DNA from: Sediminicola arcticus | GTDB taxonomy: Bacteria; Bacteroidota; Bacteroidia; Flavobacteriales; Flavobacteriaceae | DNA: 64,000 nucleotides | NCBI RefSeq assembly: GCF_040566695.1 | Contig: NZ_JBEXAE010000001.1 | Location: 282,636-346,635 of the forward strand | Reading direction: 5' to 3' | In this document: in pieces, positions 18,963 through 28,919 of the stretch | Layout of the letters: each line of letters opens with the position of its first letter | Numbering within the stretch: the first letter of the stretch is position 1 | Notes under the pieces: generated by a model | The model's input: only the letters and a program-made list of their open reading frames with translations | Databases searched by the model: none | What the model was told of the DNA's origin: nothing | Translations under genes and position numbers: made by a program

Positions 18963-20000
18963 CTAAAATTTAAATGCATTTATAAACTCTGCTATCAAAA
19001 CAGGCACGGGATATTCCTTTAGCTTGTCAAAACTAACCCCATTTTTGCGCTTCTCCTCACTTTTTACAATCCAAAATTTAGTATGCAAATGCTGGTGAGA
19101 TAATCTATGGACAATAGTTTTTTCGTTAAATTGATAGATCTCCGAAGCTTCTTTTAGCTCCAATATCGCACCCATAGTTTTTTTTACCTCTTCCAATGAA
19201 TATTCCTTTTCGGTTTCCAAAAGAGGGAATTCAAATAGATTTTGCCATATCCCTTTACCCCTTCTTTGCCTTATTTCAATATGATTAAATTTATCCAACA
19301 CCACAAGGTAGTTGAAATAGCGTTCCTTAACCTTCGCCTTTTTCAATTTTACAGGGAATACATTAATTTTTCCTTTTTGCAATGCCACACAACTATCACT
19401 CAAGGGACAATGCAGACAGTACGGATTTTTAGGCGCGCACAGCAAGGCTCCAAACTCCATGATACCTTGGTTATAATCCGCAATCTGATTGGCATCCATA
19501 ACCTTTAATGACAAAGCTTTAAAATACGTAATGCCCTCTGTACTATTAATAGGTAAGTCTATTCCAAAATAACGTGACAGCACCCTATACACATTGCCAT
19601 CTACTACTGGTTGAGCCTCATTGAAGCAAAAAGAAGCTATGGCACTAGCAGTGTAATCCCCTACTCCCTTTAGCGATAACAACTCCTTGTAGGTATTTGG
19701 AAAATTCCCATTGTATTTTTCCGAAACTAATTTAGACGTAGTATGTAAGTTTCTTGCTCGGGAATAATACCCTAGTCCCTGCCATAGTTTTAAGACCTCT
19801 TCTTCCGAAGCCTTCGCCAAGTCATGAACGGTAGGAAATTGTTCAACAAACCGCTCATAATAAGGCATGCCTTGGGACACACGTGTCTGTTGCAACATGA
19901 TTTCTGATAGCCAAATCTTATAGGGATCTTTGGTGTTTCTCCAAGGCAAACTTCGTTTGTTGGCCGAATACCAAAATATAATTTTTTGAGAAAAAGACAT
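18963..20000 (-). CDS. mutY: A/G-specific adenine DNA glycosylase
   Basis: HhH-GPD region, 4Fe-4S cysteine cluster (CxxxxxxCxxCxxxxxC) and a C-terminal NUDIX-like domain. Confidence 0.9.
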   Translation of the reverse strand: MSFSQKIIFWYSANKRSLPWRNTKDPYKIWLSEIMLQQTRVSQGMPYYERFVEQFPTVHDLAKASEEEVLKLWQGLGYYSRARNLHTTSKLVSEKYNGNFPNTYKELLSLKGVGDYTASAIASFCFNEAQPVVDGNVYRVLSRYFGIDLPINSTEGITYFKALSLKVMDANQIADYNQGIMEFGALLCAPKNPYCLHCPLSDSCVALQKGKINVFPVKLKKAKVKERYFNYLVVLDKFNHIEIRQRRGKGIWQNLFEFPLLETEKEYSLEEVKKTMGAILELKEASEIYQFNEKTIVHRLSHQHLHTKFWIVKSEEKRKNGVSFDKLKEYPVPVLIAEFINAFKF

Positions 20001-20127
20001 TTATAAAAAGCTAAAAAACAAAAGTAAAGGTTTATAGACTTAAAATTAAGTCCTTTAAGATAAAAGATTGAATTTAATTCATATATTTGCAACCCGAAAA
20101 AAACACATAGAAAATCTATAATACAAA

Positions 20128-20418
20128 ATGACGAAAGCAGACATTGTAACGAAAATCTCAGAAAAACTGGGCATTGAAAAAGGAGATGTACAGGCTACTG
20201 TTGAAACTTTTATGGAAGAGGTAAAGACTTCATTGGAAAATGGAGATAATGTTTACTTAAGAGGTTTTGGTAGTTTCATTATTAAAACAAGAGCAGAAAA
20301 GACTGGTAGGAATATTTCTAAAAATACCACCATCAAAATACCTTCGCACAACATTCCTGCATTTAAACCCGCCAAGGTTTTTGTTGAAGGAGTTAAAAGC
20401 AACGTAGAAGTTAAATAA
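20128..20418 (+). CDS. HU-family DNA-binding protein
   Basis: 96 aa with MTKADIV… and the RGFGSF arm motif. Confidence 0.9.
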   Translation: MTKADIVTKISEKLGIEKGDVQATVETFMEEVKTSLENGDNVYLRGFGSFIIKTRAEKTGRNISKNTTIKIPSHNIPAFKPAKVFVEGVKSNVEVK

Positions 20419-20443
20419 AGTACTAACCCTAAAGTAAATTTTT

Positions 20444-20533
20444 ATGCCTAGTGGTAAAAAGAGAAAAAGACATAAGGTAGCGACTCACAAACGCAAAAAG
20501 CGTAGGAGAGCTAACCGTCACAAGAAAAAGTAG
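20444..20533 (+). CDS. Unannotated 29-aa hyper-basic protein (bS22-like small ribosomal protein candidate)
   Basis: ATG at 20444 gives MPSGKKRKRHKVATHKRKKRRRANRHKKK, then a TAG stop. Too short for the ORF track. Followed directly by a strong terminator. Confidence 0.4.
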   Translation: MPSGKKRKRHKVATHKRKKRRRANRHKKK

Positions 20534-20558
20534 TTTTAGAACTACTTTTTCTTTTTAT
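20525..20558 (+). terminator. Rho-independent terminator (HU / small basic ORF transcript)
   Basis: Perfect palindrome AAAAAGTAGTT ttag AACTACTTTTT followed by CTTTTTATT. The stop codon lies within the stem. Confidence 0.6.
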
Positions 20559-20678
20559 TAAGTTCATTGACATAGAAATTCCTTAACGGAATTTCAACGG
20601 GTTTTAACAGCCTGTTAGAACTAATGTTTAATCCATTTGTCCCAAACTCGATTTACATCGTAAAGGGATAAGTATAAA

Positions 20679-22235
20679 TTGATTCAGGTGAATAGAGAAC
20701 TGATCGTAAGATCAAGTCCTGAAGCCGTCGATTTTGCCTTATTAAAGGATGGAAAACTTACAGAACTTCACAAAGAAGAAGAAAGTAACAACTTTACGGT
20801 TGGCGATATTTTAATTGCCAAAGTGCGTAAGCCAGTTACTGGATTAAATGCTGCCTTCGTCAACGTTGGATATGAGAAAGATGCCTTTCTACATTACCAT
20901 GACCTAGGACCACAGCTTTCTACGATGTTGAAATTTGTAAAAAAATTGAGTATGGGAAAATTGAAAGATTTTACCCTGAAAGACTTTCCATTTGATAAAG
21001 AGATAGATAAGGATGGTAGCATCAATGATGTTATCAAAGCCAATCAATCTTTATTAGTGCAAATTGTTAAAGAACCCATTTCCACAAAAGGACCTAGAAT
21101 AAGTTCAGAGCTTTCATTAGCAGGACGTTATTTGGTAATGGTCCCTTTTTCTGACCGAGTCTCCGTTTCACAAAAAATAGAGAGCAAGGAAGAAAAAGAA
21201 AGACTTAAAAGGCTCGTTAAAAGCATAAAGCCTAAAGGATTTGGCGTTATTATAAGAACAGTTGCAGAAGGCAAAAAAGTAGCCGAACTGGACAGAGATC
21301 TACAGAACTTACTGACCAAATGGACAGTAATGTGCAAAAAGTTGTATAAAGCTCCGCATCCATCCAAAGTACTGGTTGAATTGAACCGTGCATCCTCCAT
21401 TTTAAGGGATGTATTCAACGATTCCTTTACAGGAATATATGTAGACGATGAAACGCTTTATACCGAAGTAAAAGATTACGTGCAAGAAATTGCACCTGAG
21501 AAAGAATCTATTGTAAAGTTGTACGATTCCAATGTTCCAATTTTTGAAAAATTTGGAATAGATCGGCAAATTAAAACATCCTTTGGCCGTACCGCCTCCA
21601 TGAGTAAGGGTGCGTACTTGATTATAGAACACACCGAAGCACTCCACGTAGTGGATGTAAACAGTGGCAACCGTTCCAACAAAGCAAAAAATCAAGAAGA
21701 TACAGCCCTGGAAGTAAATTTGTTGGCAGCATCTGAAATTGCAAGACAATTGCGATTGCGGGATATGGGAGGTATTATCGTTGTAGATTTCATCGATATG
21801 TCCAAACCTGACCACAGAAGGAAACTTTTTGACCACCTTAGGGATGAGATGAAAGATGACCGCGCCAAACACAAAATCTTGCCCCCGAGCAAGTTTGGAC
21901 TCATACAAATTACAAGACAACGGGTTAGGCCCGAAATGAACATAAAAACTAGTGAGGAAAATCCAAATGCCCCAGGGCAAGAAGTGGAAGCCCCAATTGT
22001 TTTGATCGAAAAAATCAATTCAGACCTAGAAAAATTGTTAAAAGGCCCAGCAAGTGATACCGGGATTACATTAAATATACATCCCTTTATTGCGGCTTAC
22101 ATCACCAAAGGTTTCCCATCTATCCGTTCCAAATGGTTTTTGGAACATAAGAAATGGGTGAAAATACAACCAAGAGATGCGTACACGTATCTCGAATACC
22201 GTTTTAAGAATAAAGACGGTAAAACCATATATTAA
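20679..22235 (+). CDS. rng: Ribonuclease G/E family endoribonuclease
   Basis: 518 aa with an S1 domain followed by the RNase E/G catalytic core. Start is TTG at 20679 or GTG at 20688. Confidence 0.85.
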   Translation: MIQVNRELIVRSSPEAVDFALLKDGKLTELHKEEESNNFTVGDILIAKVRKPVTGLNAAFVNVGYEKDAFLHYHDLGPQLSTMLKFVKKLSMGKLKDFTLKDFPFDKEIDKDGSINDVIKANQSLLVQIVKEPISTKGPRISSELSLAGRYLVMVPFSDRVSVSQKIESKEEKERLKRLVKSIKPKGFGVIIRTVAEGKKVAELDRDLQNLLTKWTVMCKKLYKAPHPSKVLVELNRASSILRDVFNDSFTGIYVDDETLYTEVKDYVQEIAPEKESIVKLYDSNVPIFEKFGIDRQIKTSFGRTASMSKGAYLIIEHTEALHVVDVNSGNRSNKAKNQEDTALEVNLLAASEIARQLRLRDMGGIIVVDFIDMSKPDHRRKLFDHLRDEMKDDRAKHKILPPSKFGLIQITRQRVRPEMNIKTSEENPNAPGQEVEAPIVLIEKINSDLEKLLKGPASDTGITLNIHPFIAAYITKGFPSIRSKWFLEHKKWVKIQPRDAYTYLEYRFKNKDGKTIY

Positions 22236-22236
22236 T

Positions 22237-22271
22237 AAAAAGCGACTCCAGCAACGGGGTCGCTTTTTTTG
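22237..22271 (+). terminator. Rho-independent terminator after rng
   Basis: GCGACTCC agcaac GGGGTCGC followed by T7. Confidence 0.5.
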
Positions 22272-22396
22272 TTCTTCGCAGCCCCAACCTTTAAATTTAA
22301 ACACCAAATCCAGGTTACTTCAAATCTTAATTATTTGACCCTTATTATTTATCTTAGGGACTACAGTATCTAAATAAGTAACATCATCGTAAAATT

Positions 22397-22786
22397 ATGA
22401 AAACCGAAAAGGAGATTTCAACACATTTAGAAAAAATTTTTTGTTTTCCTATTCCAACCATAATCAGAACACCCGAGGTTATATACAACGTATTAGAACA
22501 CGAACCCTTTATTTATACAGAACGCACCAAAGAAATCAGATTATATGTTTCCTTTTTGAAGAAAAATAGTGATGCTGATTTGGAGTTTCCATGGATAAGC
22601 CCAAATCATTCTTTCAAAATAATTGGCAAAATAGAGCAGACTATTCTAAGTGTATTAGACCTCTCCATATCTAAATCCCCTAAGGCCATGGCATCTTTAG
22701 AACTCCATTATGGAAAAGAAATTACCACCCGAAACTGGAATACGATTGAACTCATAGGGCATAAGTTACCAAGACGATCCAACTAA
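22397..22786 (+). CDS. Hypothetical protein
   Basis: 129-aa ORF with no recognisable motif. Confidence 0.35.
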   Translation: MKTEKEISTHLEKIFCFPIPTIIRTPEVIYNVLEHEPFIYTERTKEIRLYVSFLKKNSDADLEFPWISPNHSFKIIGKIEQTILSVLDLSISKSPKAMASLELHYGKEITTRNWNTIELIGHKLPRRSN

Positions 22787-22888
22787 ATTAATAATCCATA
22801 AAATAAATCCAACATCATTATAGCGATGGTTATATATGTTGTTATCACCTAAAATTCAATATCTTAGAGACACTTAAAAATAGGTTAT

Positions 22889-23596
22889 ATGAAAACTGAC
22901 TGGTTGAAGATAGCTTTAATCTGTATTTCAATAGTAATTGCTGGCTACTTCGTAGGAAACATGCAAAAAACTGGCAAAAAATACGATAGATATGTTCAAG
23001 TAAAAGGTCTTTCTGAACAAGAGGTAAACGCCGATCTTGCTGTGTGGCCCATCAATATAACCCTTACTGGAAATGATCTGAAATCCCTTCAAAGTGATAT
23101 TGAATCTCAAAATAAGGACGTTTATAATTTTTTTATTGCACAAGGATTTAGTCAAAATGAATTGACCAAAGGCAGTACCAATATTAGTGATATACGCGCA
23201 GACATTTATAATTCCAATTATCAGAACAACGCTTTTAGATATTTGGCCAAGTCAGAATTCACCGTAAGAACCAAAGATATTGACAAGCTTCAAAAAGCAC
23301 TTTCCGAGTCATTGGAACTCATGTCTAAAGGGATACTACTTGGATCCAAAAATACCTGGAGGCCCATTGAGTATATTTTTACTGGCCTTAATAAACTAAA
23401 ACCTTCTATGATAGAGGAAGCAACTAAAAATGCCAGGGAGGTTGCGGAGAAATTTGCACTAGACTCAGATGCCGATGTAGGGGAAATAAGAATGGCCAGC
23501 CAAGGTCTTTTTTCCATAACCGACAGGGATGAAAACACCCCTCAGATAAAATTAGTTCGCGTAGTTTCTACTATAGACTTTCATCTGGAAAATTAA
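22889..23596 (+). CDS. SIMPL-domain (DUF541, YggE-like) protein
   Basis: 235 aa with an N-terminal transmembrane/signal anchor and a C-terminal SIMPL-like pattern. Confidence 0.6.
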   Translation: MKTDWLKIALICISIVIAGYFVGNMQKTGKKYDRYVQVKGLSEQEVNADLAVWPINITLTGNDLKSLQSDIESQNKDVYNFFIAQGFSQNELTKGSTNISDIRADIYNSNYQNNAFRYLAKSEFTVRTKDIDKLQKALSESLELMSKGILLGSKNTWRPIEYIFTGLNKLKPSMIEEATKNAREVAEKFALDSDADVGEIRMASQGLFSITDRDENTPQIKLVRVVSTIDFHLEN

Positions 23597-23628
23597 TGAG
23601 GCTGTTAAATAAACATTAACTCCAAAAA

Positions 23629-24765
23629 ATGGATCAAAGAAGGCTCAAAAGAAAGTATCAAGCAGGCACACCAATTTACGTTTTGCTCCTTTTTTTAGTT
23701 TTAATCACATCATGTAATGGCCAGTACAAAACCAATGTACCACCAAACATTTCCGAAAGCCATAAGAAAAAATCCAAAACAATCCCCAACAATACATCGG
23801 TATCAGAATACCAACTTGCCACACAGAAATATGGAATGCCTTTACTTACCCCTCCAAGGATAAGCGATTTTGTCCGAAGAATATTTCAGGACAACAGTGG
23901 AAATCTGTGGTTCGGGACCAATGGCGATGGGGTCATCCGTTATAATGGCGATTCCCTACAATATTTCTCAATTGATGAGGGGTTCGGCGGGGTTGCGGTA
24001 CGAGGTATTATTGAGGATAAGAAAGGTAATGTTTGGTTTGGGACAGAAAGGGGGATAACCAAATATGACGGAACATCATTTACCAATTTTACAGAGAAAG
24101 ATGGCCTTATCAATAATGATGTTTGGAGTATGGCAATAGACCGCAAGGGAATCATCTGGATAGGCACCTTGCAAGGTGTAAGTCGGTTTGATGGAGAAGC
24201 GTTCACTCCATTTGTCATACCCGAAGCTAAACCGGACTATACCAGAGGGGTTACAAGCTCCAAAATAGTCCATAGTATCATGGAAGACAGCAAGGGAAAA
24301 ATGTGGTTTGGCACCAATGGAGGTGCCTATAGCTATGATGATAAGTCCTTGACCAATTTTTCGGAGAAGGATGGCTTGTGCAACAATAATGTGAATAGCA
24401 TTTTAGAGGATAAGGAAGGCAACCTATGGTTTGCTACTACACACAAGGGGATTTGTCGTTTTGATGGAAAATTATTTACCAATATGAGCGACCAGTATGG
24501 CCTCAACGGTACAGAGGTATGGCATATTTATCAAGATCATAAAGGTAACATTTGGTTCCCTGTAAAAAGTTTTGGGGTGTATAGATACGATGGTAAATCA
24601 TTTACCAATTTCCGTGAAAAGGACGGTCTCGCCAGTGATGCCATTCAGAGTATATTTGAAGATAAAGAGGGACGACTTTGGCTAGGAGGTTGGTTGGGAC
24701 TCAATCGGTACGATGGCACCTCATTTTTCAAAGTTTCCACAATGGATGCTCCTTGGGCTAAATAA
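23629..24765 (+). CDS. Lipoprotein consisting only of a two-component-regulator propeller (Reg_prop) domain
   Basis: Lipobox LITSC. Seven tandem ~45-aa repeats of type G.LWFGT..G...YDG.SF..F....GL. Confidence 0.7.
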   Translation: MDQRRLKRKYQAGTPIYVLLLFLVLITSCNGQYKTNVPPNISESHKKKSKTIPNNTSVSEYQLATQKYGMPLLTPPRISDFVRRIFQDNSGNLWFGTNGDGVIRYNGDSLQYFSIDEGFGGVAVRGIIEDKKGNVWFGTERGITKYDGTSFTNFTEKDGLINNDVWSMAIDRKGIIWIGTLQGVSRFDGEAFTPFVIPEAKPDYTRGVTSSKIVHSIMEDSKGKMWFGTNGGAYSYDDKSLTNFSEKDGLCNNNVNSILEDKEGNLWFATTHKGICRFDGKLFTNMSDQYGLNGTEVWHIYQDHKGNIWFPVKSFGVYRYDGKSFTNFREKDGLASDAIQSIFEDKEGRLWLGGWLGLNRYDGTSFFKVSTMDAPWAK

Positions 24766-24775
24766 TTAAGATCAT

Positions 24776-25222
24776 ATGAATTATAGAAAAGCAAAAATCA
24801 AGGATTTGGATGAATTATCCGTAATGTTCGATGCTTATAGGGTTTTTTATCGCAAGGAGACAGATATTGCAAGTGCTAAAAACTTTCTGACGGAAAGAAT
24901 TTTAAAAAACGATTCTGAGATTTTTGTTGCGGAAAACTCTGAACACCAATTAGTTGGATTTGTACAGTTATACCCGCTATTCTCCTCTGTTCGCATGAAA
25001 AAATTATGGATGTTGAACGATTTATTCGTAAATTATATCTGTCGTAAGAAGGGTATTTCCTTGGGATTGATTGACAAAGCCAAAGAACTTGTTGAAACCT
25101 CGCATGCTTGTGGCATGTTTTTAGAAACTGAAAAATCCAATTTAGTGGGCAATAATTTATATCCAAAATCCGGATTTAAATTTAATCAAGACTCCAATTA
25201 TTATGAATGGTATCGTAAATAA
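24776..25222 (+). CDS. GNAT-family N-acetyltransferase
   Basis: 148 aa with an acetyl-CoA-binding region (RKKGISLGL). Confidence 0.65.
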   Translation: MNYRKAKIKDLDELSVMFDAYRVFYRKETDIASAKNFLTERILKNDSEIFVAENSEHQLVGFVQLYPLFSSVRMKKLWMLNDLFVNYICRKKGISLGLIDKAKELVETSHACGMFLETEKSNLVGNNLYPKSGFKFNQDSNYYEWYRK

Positions 25223-25274
25223 CTACGCTACACCCTAAATAATACTTAGGGCTATGGTGCTAAAATAAAGAGTT

Positions 25275-25565
25275 ATGATCATACAACACAAAAGACTTTA
25301 TATCATCCTGCTTATCGCGGTAAGTATATTGCTTATACCATTACTGGCCATGCAGTTTACGGAGGAGGTCAAATGGACCTTGTCCGATTTTCTAGTGGCA
25401 GCGTTCCTCCTTCTGGGTACAGGTTTAATGATTGATCTGGTCCTAAGAAAAGTGACCAAAACAACCTATAGAATTGCACTGTGCACAGCACTTCTGATAA
25501 GTCTTTTCCTTATTTGGGCAGAACTCGCCGTTGGTATCTTTGGCACGCCCCTAGCTGGTCAGTAA
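25275..25565 (+). CDS. Small hypothetical membrane protein
   Basis: 96 aa with three hydrophobic helices. Confidence 0.35.
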   Translation: MIIQHKRLYIILLIAVSILLIPLLAMQFTEEVKWTLSDFLVAAFLLLGTGLMIDLVLRKVTKTTYRIALCTALLISLFLIWAELAVGIFGTPLAGQ

Positions 25566-25744
25566 GCGGGATCAAAACAAATTGAACAATCAGACAAGTA
25601 CTAGAATGGTATTTTGTTATTAAATTCAAACTAAAAAAACAATAGGGTGTTCTTTTTATTTCTTAATGAACATCCAGTTATTGCACGAAAAGCAATATTG
25701 CTAAAAGTAATTTTTCTTGAACGTTTAACTTGTATAGTCAGAAT

Positions 25745-26104
25745 ATGAGAAAATACTATATCGGAATAATAGCAAGCCTTGTGACCTTTATCTCTTGTGA
25801 ACCAAAAGTTATCGCGGATTTTGAAATTACAAATAATTCTGGGTCAAGAATTGATTCACTTAAAATTGGAGGAAAGAAAGCTTACAATACTTCATTTATT
25901 TCTATAAGACCAAACGAAAAAGCGCATTACAAAGCTGATATGACCAGCGCTATACAAACTGATAGTTCTTATATTATTTCGTACAAACAAAATAATGAAA
26001 CCATACTACTGCCATTTCAGTATTTCATAAATAGATACCCAAATAATAAATTGATACTTATAGATATTCAAAAAGATACCTTATCGATGGATATTGAATT
26101 CTGA
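25745..26104 (+). CDS. Hypothetical lipoprotein
   Basis: Start taken at MRKYYIGIIASLVTFISC (lipobox). Confidence 0.4.
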   Translation: MRKYYIGIIASLVTFISCEPKVIADFEITNNSGSRIDSLKIGGKKAYNTSFISIRPNEKAHYKADMTSAIQTDSSYIISYKQNNETILLPFQYFINRYPNNKLILIDIQKDTLSMDIEF

Positions 26105-26208
26105 AATTACCGATTCTATCACTTTTTAATATAACGGTTCTTAAAATCAAAAATCCTATCAAAATATTTTTTACCTTTTTGTAGCAAATATTAAAATCAT
26201 CCAGCATC

Positions 26209-26619
26209 ATGGCCAAGAACAAACATCATATGAAGATTGCAATGGTCAGCGTATTTGTAGCCGATCCCGATAAAGCTTTTAAGTACTACACAGAGGTACT
26301 GAGCTTTGAAGAGGTGATGTATTCCCATGAAAGCCATATTGCCATTGTAAAATCCACCTTAGAGCCCAAGGGCATCAATTTACTTTTAGAACCCACAGAG
26401 TCTGGAGGTATTGAAGTTGCCAAAACCTATAAGAAAACCCTATACGGTATGGGCATGCCAGTTATCACCTTTAGTACAACTGATATACAAAAAACCGTTG
26501 ATGAGCTAAAGACCAAAGGCGTTGTCTTTAAAAAAGAACCTGTAAAAACAGGCTATGGCTTTGAAGCTGTTTTTGATGATGCCAATGGAAATTTCATCCA
26601 ACTAATCCAATTGAATTAA
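26209..26619 (+). CDS. VOC-family protein (glyoxalase/bleomycin-resistance fold)
   Basis: 136 aa with a βαβββ module pattern. Confidence 0.65.
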   Translation: MAKNKHHMKIAMVSVFVADPDKAFKYYTEVLSFEEVMYSHESHIAIVKSTLEPKGINLLLEPTESGGIEVAKTYKKTLYGMGMPVITFSTTDIQKTVDELKTKGVVFKKEPVKTGYGFEAVFDDANGNFIQLIQLN

Positions 26620-26632
26620 AAAGAAACAAGGT

Positions 26633-26989
26633 ATGCTCACCGATATTCATCCGAAATTACCTATGCGCAATAAAAATGTTACGCGAGAATTCTACGTGAT
26701 CAAGTTGGGCTTTACCGAATTTGGCAGTTCAGATTATGATGGATATTTAATGCTGCAGAAAGACAATATTCAAATTCATTTCTTTAGGTTTGAGGAGCTC
26801 GACCCAAAAGAAAATTATGGTCAGGTTTATATTAGAACGGACCATATCGATCAATTTTACCAATTAATAATAGCTAATAAAACGAGCATACATCCAAATG
26901 GACCCTTAGAAACAAAACCTTGGGGACAAAAGGAATTTTCTGTTCTGGACCCCGATAATAATCTTTTAACCTTCGGACAAAACCTATAA
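26633..26989 (+). CDS. VOC-family protein (glyoxalase/bleomycin-resistance-like)
   Basis: 118 aa. Adjacent paralogous fold. Confidence 0.65.
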   Translation: MLTDIHPKLPMRNKNVTREFYVIKLGFTEFGSSDYDGYLMLQKDNIQIHFFRFEELDPKENYGQVYIRTDHIDQFYQLIIANKTSIHPNGPLETKPWGQKEFSVLDPDNNLLTFGQNL

Positions 26990-27002
26990 AAATAAATAGA
27001 AA

Positions 27003-27038
27003 GGTGCATACATAAATTTAAAATTTATGTATGCACCC
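27003..27038. terminator. Bidirectional terminator between convergent genes
   Basis: Near-perfect 17-bp palindrome GGTGCATACATAAATTT / AAATTTATGTATGCACC with A/T-rich flanks on both sides. Confidence 0.55.
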
Positions 27039-27075
27039 TTCTATAATAATAAATCCGACTTTTGTAATCTTGTCG

Positions 27076-27594
27076 CTATTCTACTTCACTATCCTCTAAA
27101 ACTTCTTCTTCAGCCGTTTGAGTTTTCTCAATTACCTTAAATTGCTCCAATTGTTCTTCTTCTCCCGTAAAATATGGAAAAACATCCATTATGGGAGATT
27201 CCGTGATTGCAGGCACAGTGTAATCCCCTGTAGTACCCTTCATAGCCTCAATGGTATTGTCATAGGCTTCTTTTAGGTCATTAGCCTGTACTAGCATATA
27301 GATATTGGTCTTGCGTTCCTTCCCACTGTTTTCATCAAAGGCAATCAAAGCTACCTTAGACTTAAACCAACGGTCGGAGTTTTCCACAGGGTGCACTTCT
27401 GAAAAATTGGCGACTTTAATATTGGTAATCAAGAACTCTTCCCTTGTATAGGCAGCCATCTCTTGGTTGATTCTAGTCTCAGCCTCTGTATAGGAAATGG
27501 CATCCAACAAGTACGTTTCTGTAGTAACTTTTTGTTCTCCAGTCTCTTGTATTTTTCTGTATTTTACTTTGCACTCATACCAGGTTACGCTCAT
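27076..27594 (-). CDS. DUF4494-family protein
   Basis: 172 aa. The N-terminal WYECKVKY…TETYL…AISYTEAE pattern is typical of Bacteroidota DUF4494. Confidence 0.5.
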   Translation of the reverse strand: MSVTWYECKVKYRKIQETGEQKVTTETYLLDAISYTEAETRINQEMAAYTREEFLITNIKVANFSEVHPVENSDRWFKSKVALIAFDENSGKERKTNIYMLVQANDLKEAYDNTIEAMKGTTGDYTVPAITESPIMDVFPYFTGEEEQLEQFKVIEKTQTAEEEVLEDSEVE

Positions 27595-27823
27595 GTCTTT
27601 TTATTTAGGATGCCAAATATAACAGTTAAAAAAGGCTTACTTAGAAATCCTTAAAAGAGATATTCACAAATTGTTCTTTACACTCTTTTTTACATAAGTA
27701 CAGGATACAGAAACATAAATGAATAAGAAAAATAATTTTTAAAATATTTCTTACTTCCTAAAAATCCTTTGCCATTTCTTCAAATGGACTTAGCTTTGGA
27801 ACTCTATGCACAATAATGGTTAC

Positions 27824-28300
27824 ATGGACTTCTCACGTCCAACCTACACCTTGGAAGAAGCTACCAGAAAATTGGAGGGCTATTGTGCCTATCAAGAGCG
27901 CTGCCATAAGGAGTTAGTGCAAAAATTACGCGATATGCGTATGATTCCTGACGCTATAGACCAGATCGTGGTACATCTTATAGATCATAACTTTTTAAAC
28001 GAAGAGCGCTTCGCTATGAGCTATGCAAGGGGGAAATTTAATATTAAAAAATGGGGCCGTAACAGGATTACCCAAGAACTGAAACAACGGGAGATCTCTA
28101 AATACAACATCCAAAAAGCGTTGGCCCAACTGGACACCCACGTCTATGTGGAGACTCTAGATGCCTTAGCCAAAAAAAGATTGGGTACCATTACAGAGAG
28201 CAATATCCAGAAAAGAAGAAAAAAACTAGCCGACTACCTCTTGTACCGAGGGTGGGAAAGTCATTTGGTGTACGAAAAAATATCCGAACTCATCAAATAA
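27824..28300 (+). CDS. recX: Recombination regulator RecX
   Basis: Three-helix repeat architecture with (Y)CAYQERC…L, similar to RecX. Start taken at the second Met (MDFSR). Confidence 0.75.
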   Translation: MDFSRPTYTLEEATRKLEGYCAYQERCHKELVQKLRDMRMIPDAIDQIVVHLIDHNFLNEERFAMSYARGKFNIKKWGRNRITQELKQREISKYNIQKALAQLDTHVYVETLDALAKKRLGTITESNIQKRRKKLADYLLYRGWESHLVYEKISELIK

Positions 28301-28356
28301 AAAGCGCTCCCTTTTCTACCAAAAAGAAGCGCTTCACTATTTATAATTTTTATTCC

Positions 28357-28851
28357 CTATAGGTTAAATGAAGCTCCAATACTGAAGACGAACTGATTGT
28401 TCAATTCTTGCGCTGGAGTCAGGTCACTATTGTCATACTTAGCCAAAGGTGCTGCGAATTCCATAAAAATACCAAATCCGTCCGTAAAAAAGTATCGGGT
28501 ACCCAAGTGACCTCCAAAATTACGAAGGCCCAAGCTCAAACCAGGATAGATATCCATTTGGTTGCCCAATTGGAACACACTCCCCAAATTGGCGTTGAAT
28601 CTTGCTCGTACATCTACCCTGTCATCAAATTCAGCATTAATGGTTTCCTCTACACCCAAAATATAGGTGGCTGTAAACCCTATTGAAAAATTCTCTCCAA
28701 GGCCTGTATCATAAGTGGTAACGATTCCCGCTCCATTATTCTGGAAATTGGCCCCAACTTGAAACTTGGAATCTCCCTTTCCTTCAAAAGCTTGGGCATT
28801 GGCGAAAGTTGCTGACAAAACAAACATTACTAAAACTAGTGCTTTTTTCAT
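28357..28851 (-). CDS. Small outer-membrane beta-barrel protein
   Basis: Signal peptide, alternating amphipathic strands and a C-terminal aromatic-x-aromatic ending (ASFNL). Confidence 0.55.
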   Translation of the reverse strand: MKKALVLVMFVLSATFANAQAFEGKGDSKFQVGANFQNNGAGIVTTYDTGLGENFSIGFTATYILGVEETINAEFDDRVDVRARFNANLGSVFQLGNQMDIYPGLSLGLRNFGGHLGTRYFFTDGFGIFMEFAAPLAKYDNSDLTPAQELNNQFVFSIGASFNL

Positions 28852-28919
28852 ATAATTCTTTTTAATACTATCAGGTTTTAAAATAAGTTACAAATGTATT
28901 TAATTCCTCGAAACTTGCA

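Noticed and set aside
20444-20533. Identification of the hyper-basic micro-ORF as ribosomal protein Thx
   Set aside because: It lacks the Thx GKxxRGTYGK core. It is retained as a finding only as a generic bS22-like basic peptide candidate.
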